A stretch of DNA of 63,759 bases, filler included, from Octopus bimaculoides (GCF_001194135.2; 7 parts of 7 records of this genome joined end to end with filler, not necessarily neighbours in it); one strand, 5' to 3'; shown: positions 39,240 through 52,791, numbered from the whole stretch's first letter. Notes: a model not told the origin generated them from the sequence alone. Made by a program: numbers and translations.

Positions 39240-39750
39240 TGCAAGACTGTGTGTCAGCAAAAATCATGTAAGAGAGAATTGTGTTTAGATGGATGAGGAT
39301 AAACTTGCAGTTAGTGATTCTGCAAAGGAAGAGGTCTAGCAGTGTTGCTATGAAAGGCTGCTAAATGTGGAGGATGCATGATAGGAGAATCTTCTTAATG
39401 CAGACCCAACAGAGGGGGTCAACTATCCAAGTTGATAACAGCATGGTAGATAAAGCAATTAAACACATCATGACTGGGAAAGCCCATAGCCCATCAGGAA
39501 TTATTACTGAGATGCTTTAAATATCTGGTAGAGTGAGATATGACCTGTGACACTTTGAGTTAATCAGGCTGTCTAGGAATGGATCTTATACAATGATAGA
39601 TGTAGCAGCATTATCAGCAAAGGTAAGAGTGATACCTTAGACAGAAGTAATTAGAGGTATCAAACTGTTGGTCCAGGTCATGAAAGTTACAGAAAGGGTC
39701 ATAGCTCAACTAATTAGAAAGATAGCTAAGCTAAATGAGATGCAGCTAAC
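39240..39750 (+). mobile_element. Decayed RTE LINE reverse transcriptase N-terminal fragment
   Basis: Frameshifted KAIK..TGKA.SPSGI.TEML...KGK...RGIKLL.QVMKVTERVI motifs. Confidence 0.7.
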
Positions 39751-40654
39751 TGCATCTTATCTAGGTTAACTGGACTTTCAGTGGCAAACCAAACAGCACT
39801 CATAGTATGTACCTATTACTTTAAGTCTGTTGTAAAATACTCCTTACATATTACATATTCTATATATATATATATATATATATATGACAGGCTGCTTTAC
39901 ACTTACCAAATCTACTCAATGGTTTAATTAGTCTGGGCTAGAATAGAAGACAGCCAAGGTACCACACAGTGGGACTGAACTTGAAACCATATGGTTAGAA
40001 AGCAAACTTCTTAACCACAGAATCAGGCCTGCATCTTTTCTAAACCACAATCATGCTTGCACTTATATGTGTGCGTAGTCAATGTCTGTGATGAGAGGAA
40101 GCTTCTAGCAAGTTGAGTCTATGTTCAGCTTCTATTTCTGACTCTAACCAATTTTACATTGCTAATGGTGCCGGCAAATCATGAACACCACATCTTCTGT
40201 TTCCTGTCTTAAAATTAGTTGATTAAATTACACTTCATGCTTGAATTGTTTAGACTTAAGAAATATTTAACAAAGCTCTTCATTATATTATGGACTCATC
40301 TCCTCCCTCTGAGGTGATTTTCTGCCATTCCCTGTTTGGTCTCATCTGATTCCTGTGTAAAAAGAAAAAGCTTAAAATAAATGGTACTATGGAAAACGTT
40401 GAACTTCTAATTTCAGCTAAGAAAAAGTCTCTCTGAAAACGTTAAAATTCTCTCACATCATAACCAATTCCGTTCTGTGATTTTTAATATTAGTTCGGTT
40501 CTGTAATAACATCATGCACAACAAATTATTTATTAGAAAAGATTTTTTTTGTTTTAATGGGGGTGAGGAATAAAAGTAGATACAATGGTATTGGGGTTGA
40601 CCTCAGAGGTCACATGAGGGCAAACAAAGAAACATAATTGGTGGTGGTACTTAC

Positions 40655-40972
40655 GTCATCCCAATGGTCGTATTCATAGCGCAGTCTCTTTAGGTAGGGT
40701 TCTATTTCAGCCAATAAACTCTCGTGTTCTTCCAATGACAAGAAATCTTCGTGTATTTCCACATTGTTCTGTACAAGTTTTTCAGTGTCAGGGTCACTGG
40801 CCGATAAAAGTCGTTCCCACCATTTACTACAGTCGCCATTTGTAGACACAGTTCCTCTTTTACATAGAGAATTGCTTGTGAAAGCGAGAAGAGGTCTGTT
40901 CCTTGTGACACCTAGTAATACAGGTGTGAAATACACCAGTTTTGAGATAGAAAAGGTGAGGCAAGAAGTCAT
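40655..40972 (-). CDS. ALKBH7: ALKBH7 coding exon 1 (Fe/2OG dioxygenase AlkB homolog 7; spliced product 246 aa)
   Basis: 106 codons ending EPYLKRLRYEYDHWDD|GTAAGT, matching human ELRRRRYEYDHWDA. The N-terminal about 45 aa are free of acidic residues (mitochondrial-presequence-like). All four exons join in frame. Confidence 0.95.
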
Positions 40973-41412
40973 TGTTTAAAGCTGTGAGGACGGAATAGAG
41001 TTAGTTAATTATTCCACTGTTTATTTCTTCCCCTATAAACTATTCGAGAATAACATATTTTGTTACAAAAACCCTCCAGTTCTGCTCTCCGTAAATAATT
41101 CCATTTATTTTCATTAATTCCAAACGAAACCGCAACAAGAAAACTGTTTTTTTAATATGTAATCGGTGTACGGGAACTTTGTGATCTTACAGAAATATAT
41201 TCCGGTATGTAACTTTTTTATTGTCGATTTAAAATTAAAGTTAGTAAACATACCACTTTCTATTTAAAACATATTTGTTAGTTTAATATCATGTTAGAAT
41301 TAGTAGTTTACAAACTAAATTAATGAAAATGTATCAAAATTTATCTTTTAGAAAAATTCGAACTTTGTTTCAGAGAAGGGATATAATTTTGTCGTCACCG
41401 GAATAATGTAAT
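40973..41412. promoter_or_regulatory. Probable bidirectional promoter/5'UTR region shared by ALKBH7 and the TauD-like gene
   Basis: Divergent ATGs 440 bp apart with a repeat-free, CpG-containing interval. Confidence 0.7.
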
Positions 41413-41815
41413 ATGTCTACTGCTAGGAAGATGGCGAAGAGCTTATACGGTTTACATCGTCGGATGATTGGTGCTGAAGTAACTGGTGTAAAACTTGCAG
41501 AACAGGTCTCCGAAGAAGTCATTGAACAGCTCAAGAAAGATGTCCATGTTCACAAGTTGCTATTGTTTCGTAATCAAGGTGTTATCAGTGGAGAGAGACA
41601 TGTAGAGATCAGCCGGTGGTTTGGCGAACTCGAGTCTACTTTCTACAAACACCCGAAATCTCCCCACCCAGATGTGTTCAGAGTGTCAAATGACGAACGA
41701 CAGGGTTGCAGGAACGTTGGAAGGACAGGATGGCACATAGACGGAAGTTTTATGCAGCAACCATTTAAATTTTCATTTTATTATATAGCTTCAGCACCGA
41801 TGGCCGGAGGGACAG
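41413..41815 (+). CDS. TauD/TfdA-family Fe(II)/2-oxoglutarate dioxygenase, coding exon 1
   Basis: IGAEVTGVKL, HKLLLFRNQG, ISRWFGEL, DVFRVSND, GWHIDGSF (HxD) and GGT motifs. Donor ACAG|GTGAG, phase 1. Confidence 0.92.
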
Positions 41816-42876
41816 GTGAGAAATTTTAATTTTTAACAGTTTTCATTTCCTATATTTTATGCACAGCAATTTAAAATATATGGAAGAGGTGATGTTCATA
41901 TCTTTCTAGAACCATTCTTTACCGGAGACCTCCATATCTGGTAATATCTACTTTTATATAATGTTCGGCTGGCTGTGTGTAAACCCCCTGTTTTGGAAAA
42001 TTTCGAAGTACTACAAAAATAGTCAATGTTTATAGGTTGTACACGTGTCTAACGACACCTCTATTCATCTTAGACGTTAAAAATAATATTTTTATTGTAG
42101 AAATACCATTGTTTTGAACATATACCTGAAATTAAATATAAACTAGATGCTCACGAGTCTCAGCCACCACATTCTCGACGTTGCTGCGATAAAATTTGTG
42201 CTTTTAGTTTTATTGACGATTGAAAATGGTATTATCAAAACCATGAGAGAAGCCATTCATAAATGTCAGGATTCGAGTAAGTATNNNNNNNNNNNNNNNN
42301 NNNNNNNNNNNNNNNNNNNNNNNNNNNNNNNNNNNNNNNNNNNNNNNNNNNNNNNNNNNNNNNNNNNNNNNNNNNNNNNNNNNNNNNNNNNNNNNNNNNN
42401 NNNNNNNNNNNNNNNNNNNNNNNNNNNNNNNNNNNNNNNNNNNNNNNNNNNNNNNNNNNNNNNNNNNNNNNNNNNNNNNNNNNNNNNNNNNNNNNNNNNN
42501 NNNNNNNNNNNNNNNNNNNNNNNNNNNNNNNNNNNNNNNNNNNNNNNNNNNNNNNNNNNNNNNNNNNNNNNNNNNNNNNNNNNNNNNNNNNNNNNNNNNN
42601 NNNNNNNNNNNNNNNNNNNNNNNNNNNNNNNNNNNNNNNNNNNNNNNNNNNNNNNNNNNNNNNNNNNNNNNNNNNNNNNNNNNNNNNNNNNNNNNNNNNN
42701 NNNNNNNNNNNNNNNNNNNNNNNNNNNNNNNNNNNNNNNNNNNNNNNNNAGAGAATTTTGAAAAGAAAATACGAAACCGGTTATTTCTCCAAAAACAATG
42801 TTTCTATACTCAAAATTTTATAACATTTTTCTATACTTTAACCATATAACACAAGGCTTCTGTAGTTTTTTCACTC

Positions 42877-42909
<33 letters not shown>

Positions 42910-43318
42910 CACACACACTGAATTGAAGCAGTGGAAGAATTAAATACGGTTATAAAGTTTCGGTTGACAATATCGACCACACACACATATGAATCCACTT
43001 TTCCAAGCTTGTATGGATCAGACATTTTGTATGTGTGGATGCCCTTCCGTCACCGACCCTCAACTATTTTCATGTAATATTTCACCATGCCTATACAAGC
43101 TGATTCGAAAGGAAGAACACCTCTTGCATGACAGTGACACTTGCTTACTACCCTTACCCAATGTTAAGACAAGGGGACAGTAAAACACACACATACACCG
43201 TTCATTTTTCTTTCAGTTTTCGTCTCCGATATCTACTCACTAGAAGACTAAAGGTGTGTATATGTATGTGCGTATATTTTGTATATATATATATACGTAC
43301 ACACACACACGTATGCAT

Positions 43319-43354
<36 letters not shown>

Positions 43355-45404
43355 GTGTGTGTGTATATACTCATACATACGCATACATGTTTATAATTAC
43401 CTTTGCACGCATATACGTTTAGATATGTGTGCGTGCGCGCAAGTTTGTTTACATTTCCTAGATTGATGAAATCTGTAAAATGTTATTCTTTACTTTGGAA
43501 AGGAAATAATACTTTGACAACAAGAATTTAATATTTAATTTCGTACATATAAACTAAATACAATTTACGATACAAATTTGGAGTTTTATTTTGATTAAAA
43601 TTTTACTGTATTTTGTCTATTTATTGTCGCTGACTGTCACTCACGCCCACTCTATTTGTTGTTTTATTGTTCTTTACCCAGCATGACCGACGAGGCATAT
43701 TGTGTTTCATTATATGTCAGCTATCGCGGTATTGGTGTTACCGTCTTAAATCAAATTAATTTCTTATTTAGATAAAATAAAAGTATGCCATATTAATTAA
43801 TAACTCATTAAAAACGTAATTTCTACTGTATTAGTGGTGTTTTATGGGTGCCGGCATGGCTGTGTGGTCGGGAAGTAAGTTTTTCAAGTCTGTGGTTTTG
43901 AGCTTTATCTTGCTGTTCAGCACTTTAGGCAAGTGTTTTTAAATTGAACATTTATATTCATATTGAAAGAATGATGATGTTAAAATTCCGTTGCACCATC
44001 ATCATCATTTCACATCTGTTGCTTATGCTGGCATTGGATTGGATGGTTTGACCAGAGCTGGAAGGCTACGCCAGACTCGTCTGCTTTTGGCATGGATACC
44101 CTTCCTAACACCAATCACTGAGTGTGTAAAGATTGCTTTTACATGTCACTGGCACAGGTGCCATTTGCACGACACCAGTATCTGCCATGACTGCGATTTT
44201 ACTTGACTTGATACATCTTCTTCTCAAGCATGGCATAATGCCAAAGATCTCGGTCATTCGTCATTGCCTCTGTGTGGCCCAACCCTCCAAAGATGCTTTT
44301 CACGTGCCACCGGCATCAACCACCTTGCCTCCATGAGGCTCAATGCTCGAAAGATGTGAGTTGTAGCCGCCCGTCAATTGGTGTAGTGGCTGCTTGGAAG
44401 GACAGAAAAAAATCACACTAAAGTGTGAGTCTAAACTATCTGGTTTTGTAACAACTGCTCAGTATAAGTGGGGAGGAAATGATACTGTTGGAAGATATTG
44501 GTTTCAAATTTTGGCACAAGGCCAGCAATTTTGGTGGCAGGAGTAAGTTGATTACATCAACCCCAGTGCTCTATTGGTACTTATTCTCTTGATCCTGGAA
44601 GGGTGAAAGACAGAGTTGATCTCAGTGGAAATAGATCTCAGAACGTGAAGATAGACAAAATGCTGCTAAGCGTTTTACCCAGCGTGCTAATGATTCTGCC
44701 AGCTCGCTGCCTTATATTGTTGGAAGATATTGAAATCATTGACATTTCCAGTTGTCAGTTGATAAAAGAAATGTTTTGCAGAATAAGCTTTATGTAAAGC
44801 ACGACAAATTGCTGAGTATTTTTTGTTTTTTTCAATTAGGCTATGAGGCCATAATGTACCTCAGCAGAAACGTCTGCTGGTGCACAGTCTGTAAGACAGT
44901 CAAAAATGAGTACAACTACAAGCACAAGATATTTTTTTAAAACATAATAAATAGCTTAATTGTTACCTTATTGACACCTGAGTAGAAGTAATAAGATTCA
45001 ATCTAATGAATAAAGGATTAATAACAGAAGAATGTATGTTATTATTCTTAACGTAAGGATGGTACATGGTCAGGAAAGATTATGAACATCAAGGCAGGAT
45101 GTTGGGATGTTAGACAGAATGCTTCTCGGTGTCTGGTATCTCAGTCTTTGTCATCTTGCCTGAAAGGTTCAGCGATTTACAGAAAAACAAGACAAAAACA
45201 GGTGCATGAACAACAAACAGGTGTATTAGTTTGATGCTTGGGAAAGTGAGAAAGTCTTTTATGTTTTGAGTCTATGCTCTTCAACAGAAAGGAGTATGAG
45301 GAAATAAACAGAGAGAAGGAAAAAACTTGTGGATTTAGCGCTCTCTCTCTTTCACACACACGTGGATGAATGGAGATATATATATATATATATATATTTA
45401 TTCT

Positions 45405-45665
45405 TACACAACATTGAAAAGCACAAGCATCGACCCNNNNNNNNNNTTCAGCGGACTTCAAGAAAGCCCGAGTCGCAAGAGCTGAACTCAAGAGATGGGA
45501 GAGAAAGCAGCGCCTTCTCCTTCCCAAACCAACCCCGTCTATCCCTTGTCCACAATGTTCCCCATATGTTTCCTGCAACCCTTGGATTGCGGAGCCATCT
45601 GCGGTTCAAACACTCAGGAAAATGAACTGTATTGCAAGCTCGGAAACACGAGACACAGCCAACAA
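45405..45665 (+). mobile_element. RTE-like LINE C-terminal zinc-finger end
   Basis: Frameshifted ARAELKRWERKQR...IPCPQC..MFPATLGLRSHLRFKH* followed by a short 3'UTR. Confidence 0.7.
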
Positions 45666-45673
45666 CATATGTA

Positions 45674-45714
<41 letters not shown>

Positions 45715-46939
45715 TTACACACAAAATACCTTATGTTTATTTACATCTAGGTTTCAACTTCATCTTCCCTTTATAAGAAAGTGTGTTGTAATGGTTTATT
45801 CTGAGTTTATTAGGTTGCAAATCTTACTTTTCCTGAATAAAAGTTGAGATAGATGATATATGTGTGTGTGTGTGTTTTACATGCTTATTAATCCCTCTAA
45901 TAAAGTACGCTTATTCTACAACAAATGCTTGTCATTGTTGATGAACATGTGGCACTTTAGAATCATTTCTGATCTGGAAGTCTCTGTCATGCATACACTC
46001 TCTCTGTACACCATTTCTGAGTAAATATATCTGGTAATGGAACTATGTTTATAAACTATTGCTTTCCAATATAGAGATTCTGTTTCATACCTTTTCCAAT
46101 CAGCTTGATCACATATTATTTATTAGTCACTTCAAATCCACTATCATATAAAAATAATTATTTTAAATGCCCTTTTACTAATATAACAGACAAGGTTCTT
46201 TTGTCGTGAAGAAGGTTTCTAAACAGCCATATTCTGTGTTTAAGATGTTATGGGAGGAGAAACTAGAAAACTTAGATTGAATTAAATGTTCTTGAATGAA
46301 ACTGGAACAAAATTAGATAGTTTTATCAAGTCTATGTATCAAGTCACGTGCATATAGATAACTGTACACACAGTTATATATGCATAGATTATGATATATA
46401 TACTGTCACATATACATTTAAGTAACTGTACATTCAGATACATTCACATGTAGATAACTATTACATAAAATTATATATACACTAAGATAACTATGCATTC
46501 AATCATATATATATATACACATTACAGTCACGTATTATACATAGATAAGTATGCAATCAGTTAAACTCATAGATAACTAACTGAACATGCTGTCTGTCTG
46601 TCTCTCGCACACATATACACACACATGTGGATGAATAGATAAACTTGAAAATGCAGTCATATACATAGATACATACATACAAACAAACAAACAATCCAAT
46701 ACAATACTATAAAAATTTATAGTTGCATTAGACATTAATGTTCAAGGTCTCTTGTCTCTATCAGTTCTGCAGTTTCGAAGAGAAGGGATTGTCGAAGTGT
46801 CATAAGGCGTGAAATATTTAGAAGAATTCGGTAATATTTGTATTTTTGTCGAACAGATCGGGCCAAAGTGGTCTCCCCTTCCATATAATGTAGCTCCACC
46901 TCGTAATACAGATCTGATGAGTCATTTCTAACTTGAAAA

Positions 46940-46976
<37 letters not shown>

Positions 46977-47762
46977 CATCTAATGAAAGGAAAGGACAGT
47001 ACCCAACTTACAGCGGGCCTATGCTGGCTCCACTGCCTGTACTATTTTGCGTTTGTGGAGATATAAATATAATGTTATTTTAGTATTAAGGGAGATAACT
47101 CTTCAACCATCCCATCAAACCACTGACAACTTCGAAAGTAAATTAATGTCCACCCCTTCGTTTTATTCAGTTATTTGAGCTTCCACTTCTACAATACTTT
47201 AACACTGACGAAGAAGACGTTTAAGAACTGCTTTTAAAGATATTCTTTTTTAGTTTGAATACCACTAGNNNNNNNNNNNNNNNNNNNNNNNNNNNNNNNN
47301 NNNNNNNNNNNNNNNNNNNNNNNNNNNNNNNNNNNNNNNNNNNNNNNNNNNNNNNNNNNNNNNNNNNNNNNNNNNNNNNNNNCCCCCCCCATCAAAAAAA
47401 ATTCGGGTCTTGTGCCTACAGTAGGAAAGATTATTTTAGTTATTTATGAATTCAAGATGAACATATACCAACACAAATTATTGTCTTATTAATTAGATTA
47501 TTTCATTAGCAACACGGTAATTAATAATTACAAAATACAGATTATTAATCTAAAATGTATCTTTCACAAAATAGGTCTACTTCAAATTTTCTTGTCAACT
47601 TTAAAATTATTTGAGAAAAAAAATGAATAAAATCAGAAAAGATAAATTTACTTCGGTTTCTCCACCCCTATATATTGTGTGATGATTTTTCTTTGAACTT
47701 CACTGTTTTACCTAACCGTATATGATATCAAGGTATTTTGACTTCTCACTTGAGGAATTCAT

Positions 47763-47958
47763 TACTCTTTACTCTTTTACTTGTTTCAGTCATTTGACTG
47801 TGGCCATGCTGGAGCACCGCCTTTAGTCGAGCAAATCGACCCCATGACTTAGTCTTTGTAAGCCTAGTACTTATTCTTTCGGCTTCTCTTGCTGAACCGC
47901 TAAGTGACTGGGACGTAAACACACTAGCATCGGTTGTCAAGCGATGTTGGGGGGACAA

Positions 47959-48010
<52 letters not shown>

Positions 48011-48163
48011 GACGGGCTTCTTTCAGTTTCTGTCTACCAAATCCACTCACAAGGCTTTGGTCGGCCCGAGGCTCTAGTAGAAGACACTTGCGCAAGGTGC
48101 CACGCAGTGGGACTGAACCCGGAACCATGTGGTTGGTAAGCAAGGTACTTACCACACAGCCAC
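47763..48163 (-). mobile_element. Full-length family A SINE in TauD-like intron 1
   Basis: Reverse-complement match to 3602-4003. Confidence 0.85.
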
Positions 48164-48899
48164 GTTGACCTTTTTACATGTTTTTTGTTGTTTTGCCCTA
48201 GTTGAGCTGGCATCAAGGACTTATCAAATGTAATCATTTCCTTTTCTTGTATATCTAAGAAAATATGTACTTCTTATATATTTTTATCTGAAAATCTTCC
48301 ATCAAACATTAGTCACAATTTATGTTCCTAACACTAGCTTAATGATAACCAAGTTATTTACTAATTTCTCTGTTATACTTATAATTAATTGAAAGAAGCA
48401 CAGGGCCTCGCAAAAGAAATATGGTAATAAAAGGTTAATACTATTTTCGTTTGGCAAAAAAGACAAAGGAAAAATAATGATATTCATTCTTTGTTTTGGG
48501 TTCCTTTAACTGAGACCCCTCTGTTAAAAACCAGACCCCTTTAGTTTGACGATTTCTTTTCTCACCAGTCTTGAGCATCTTAGGAAATGCTATGGATTCT
48601 TTCCTTTTGCAGCTCACTAAACCATAATCTTTTAGCATTTAAACCAGCCATACCTGGCCCAAATCTATGTTTTATGTTCAAACTGGCCAGATCTGGCCTC
48701 TCACACCTACCCTACAATGTCATTCTAAAAATAAGCAATCACATTATTGAAATCTTCATGCTATTAGATAGTGCATGGTTAATTCAAAACAATGTGAACA
48801 AAATGCATTACACTTGACAGATTAATCTGAATGTTAAAAAGATAAATAGAAAAAGAAAGAAGTTCATTGTACGATGACAGTCTTACATTTTTATTCCAG

Positions 48900-49039
48900 C
48901 ATTTGTTTCGTTGCATGATGTCATAGAAAATTTATCAAAAGAGAAACGAGAATCCTGGGAGAAGTTGTGGATGGTGAGTGATCGTCGCTCGAAACTCATC
49001 CATCCTCTGATTTACCCTCACCCAGTAACCAAGTCACCG
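48900..49039 (+). CDS. TauD/TfdA-family dioxygenase, coding exon 2
   Basis: Acceptor CATTTTTATTCCAG and donor CCG|GTGAGT. The phase-1 join gives GGT-A-FVSLHDVIENLSKEKRESWEKLWMVSDRRSKLIHPLIYPHPVTKSP, matching the TauD GGxT.F.S...Y..L and HP.V..HP.T motifs. Confidence 0.9.
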
Positions 49040-49209
49040 GTGAGTAGAACAAGGGACATCTTTTTAACAACACCTTTTTAAAGCAGACTTTATTGGTTTC
49101 CTCTAATTAAATGCAAGTCAAATTTTTTTGCTGTTGAGTTTTGTTATACTTGTTTAAATGGCCTCATTGTATTGCTGGTACTTCTTTTACTGATCCACGA
49201 AGGATGAAA

Positions 49210-49442
49210 GGCAGTGAGCTGGCAGAATCGTTAGCACGCCGGGCGAAATGCTTAGCGGTATTTCGTCTGCCGCTACGTTCTGAGTTCAAATTCCGCCGAG
49301 GTCGACTTTGCCTTTCATCCTTTCGAGGTCGATTAAATAAGTACCAGTGATGCACTGGGGTCGATATAATCGACTTAATCTGTTTGTCTGTCCTTGTTTG
49401 TCCCCTCTGTGTGTAGCCCCTTGTAGGCAGTAAAGAAATAAG
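49210..49442 (+). mobile_element. Full-length family B SINE
   Basis: Near-identical to 10051-10282. Confidence 0.85.
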
Positions 49443-51167
49443 AAGGATGAAAGATGCAGTTGAGATAGAAAATAATGTAGTTATACACATAAGAGGTGGT
49501 CACAACTGGAATGTCTCATAGACATGCTGAGAATTGATCTGGTGCTGAACCACAACATCCACATTGTGATAAAAGGTGGGAACAGTCGGAGGAGAGAGAG
49601 AGAGAGAGAGATTTGAAAGTGACCATGATGGAGTGGAGGTGTCCTAACATGGAAATCTCTCTCTCTCTCTCTCTCTCTGCTTCTCCCACACTTCACAACA
49701 TTTCCCTATTTCTCATCTATCAAAGCTTTTATTATACTGTTGCTCTACCCACACCCCCCACTTTACGTGCTGCCACTTATCACCTTCTCCTTCCTGACCT
49801 ACACTTATCTCCCTTTACCTTCCCTCGCAAACTGAAGCGCATCATTGACCGTATCTACATCCCTTTACACCATTCTACTGCATTCATATCTATCCCCATC
49901 TCTCACCATCTGTCACCCTTCTTTCACACACTTATAACTATATATTTATCCACTTTCTTCTACCTTGAAGGTACACCTTGACACCTAATCTCTACTATTC
50001 CTTCTCCTTTTCCAGCTGGGAAAGTCCTGTATCTCCTTGTGTCATACCTTACCCTCTCAATACCTGTGGAAGCACATGGCGTAGTGGTTAGGGTGTCGGA
50101 ATCATGATTGTAAGATTGTGGTTTCGATTCCTTGACGAGGTTGTGTTCTTGAGCAAAACACTTCATTTCGTGTTGCTTCAGTTCACTCAGCTGGCAAAAT
50201 GAGTAATCTTGTGACAGACCCAGCGTCCTGTCCAGGTGGGGAATTTATACATCATGGAAACCAGCAAACTGGCCCTTATGAGTCAATATGACTTGAAACG
50301 GATACCTTTGCCTTTACCTCTCAACACCTAGCATAAAGTTATCTCTCTCAATACTGTACTCACACTCATTTGAGTTGTCTTGTCCTGCACTTGACTTGGT
50401 GACCTCACTAGTGCTGGTGCCACAAAACAAAAAAGTACCCAGTACTCACTGTAAAGTGGTTGGCATTAGGAAGGGCATCCAACCATAGGACCCATGCCAA
50501 AACAGACATTGGAGTTTGGTGCAGTTCTTTGGTTTGTAGGATCCTGTTGAATCATCTAAATCTTACCAGCATGGAACAATGGAGATGATAGAACATGATT
50601 TGGCTGCTATTTCTAGCAGATTGAGTGATCATGAAGCTCCTTCATGACTTTATTTCATTTTTCTTTTACTTGTTTGTCATTGGACTACTTGAAGAAATTG
50701 ACCCTTGTACTTATTTTTGAAGTCTGGTACTTATTCTGTTGGGATCTTTTGCTGAACTGCTAAGTTACAGGGATGTAAACAAACCAACACTAGTTGTCAA
50801 GTAATGAGTGGGACAAATTGCACACACACACACATACACACACACATATATATAAGTGCTAAGACACAGAATTCTGTCTTTGAGTCATTCTGTTACTTTT
50901 ACCAAATATTAATATATATATATATAAAAATTAATAAATTATAGGGTAGCAAAAAAAATTTTAGAAATTTTATTTACCACCAGTGGTCTAGCGAGAGTAA
51001 AAAAACAGTCAATAGACTATGTATTATTCATTTAAAATGCAGAGATGCCTATAATAGGACATCTACTNNNNNNNNNNNNNNNNNNNNNNNNNNNNNNNNN
51101 NNNNNNNNNNNTTAATTAATTAANNNNNNNNNNNNNNNNNNNNNNNNNNNNNNNNNNNNNNNNNNNN

Positions 51168-51204
<37 letters not shown>

Positions 51205-52633
51205 TATATATATATATGTATATATAAATGCATATGCATACATATATATACAGATATATTCATATATTTACATACAAACAAATATGCATATATATATACT
51301 TATATATATATATATATATATGGTCACATCTATGCTTACATTTATGTATATGTGTTTGTGTGTGTATGCGTGTGTGTGTGTATACATACATTCTTGGTTA
51401 CATAGATGGATGGATGCATGGATAGAGAGATAAACTATGACGTCATACAGTTCAGTTAACCAGACCTGATACATACATGCATCCACCCATGCATACATAT
51501 ATACAAATGCGTATGATACATTATATACATATGCATATACATATATATATACATGCCTATATACATAAGTATATATGAAGACACATAAACACACACACAC
51601 ATACATATCTATATGTATATATATATATATATATATATGTATGTANNNNNNNNNNTACATGCATATATATTTACATGCAAGCATGTATGCGTGCGTATGT
51701 CAGCGCACGTGTGTGTACGCGCGTGTATGAACCTTATAAAAGACTCGATGCAAATATGAATGTAAAAATTTACGCAGAAATAATGAGATCGTAACTGTAT
51801 TTTGCAATTATTGCCTCAGCAAGTCTGCATATGTATCAATACTGCAATGAATATAGTACAATTAATGCAGAAAGGCGACTGGCAGCCATCATTCTAAGCG
51901 GCCCGCCATTTTGTACAGCGAATTGCAAATGGCGGCAATCAGACAAAGAACCGAGGAAATTTATATTAATTTTGTTTAGTGTAACTCATAAATAGCAGTT
52001 ATTAACCGACGGAGTTAAAGTTGGGCTAGGAACCTTTTGATTTGTGCAATACTGATCTGGTTAATCGTACAGTTCCATGCGAATCGATAGATTGCTTGGC
52101 AGATAGATAAACGGTGTGGCTGGACGAAATGAGATGGGTGTATTGATGGTTAGTTGGTCGGTCGGATTGTCAGTTGTTTGGTTTGTTTGCTGCGCTGATG
52201 GATGAAAGGAGAGATGTGAGTGTATGTATGGGTGGATAGAGGCATTGATAGTGAGTGACAGAGTGTATTGGACGAATGAATGTGTGCGATGTATTGTTTG
52301 AAATCATGGGAGATATATATAAATACCGACACACAGACACATATCCCTATGTATATTTGTGAGTATATATATGTATATATATAAGATATATAAGTGCGCG
52401 CGTGTGAGTGTGCATGTACGTATGTGAGTATGTGTCAGTATGCATTTGTGTGCATATGTAACTATGTGTATATATATGTGTGTGTGTGTGTGTGTGTATG
52501 GATGTAAGAAACGCTTGTATGTGCCTACACACACACACCCACACACACACACGTGTATGTCTAATCGTAACTGAAGATAAATAAATGAATATAGATAGGC
52601 AGATGCGCTCAGACTATCGCGACGAGTATCTTA

Positions 52634-52639
<6 letters not shown>

Positions 52640-52695
<56 letters not shown>

Positions 52696-52729
52696 GATCT
52701 ATTTATTTGTCTATGTATCTATCTATCTG

Positions 52730-52791
<62 letters not shown>

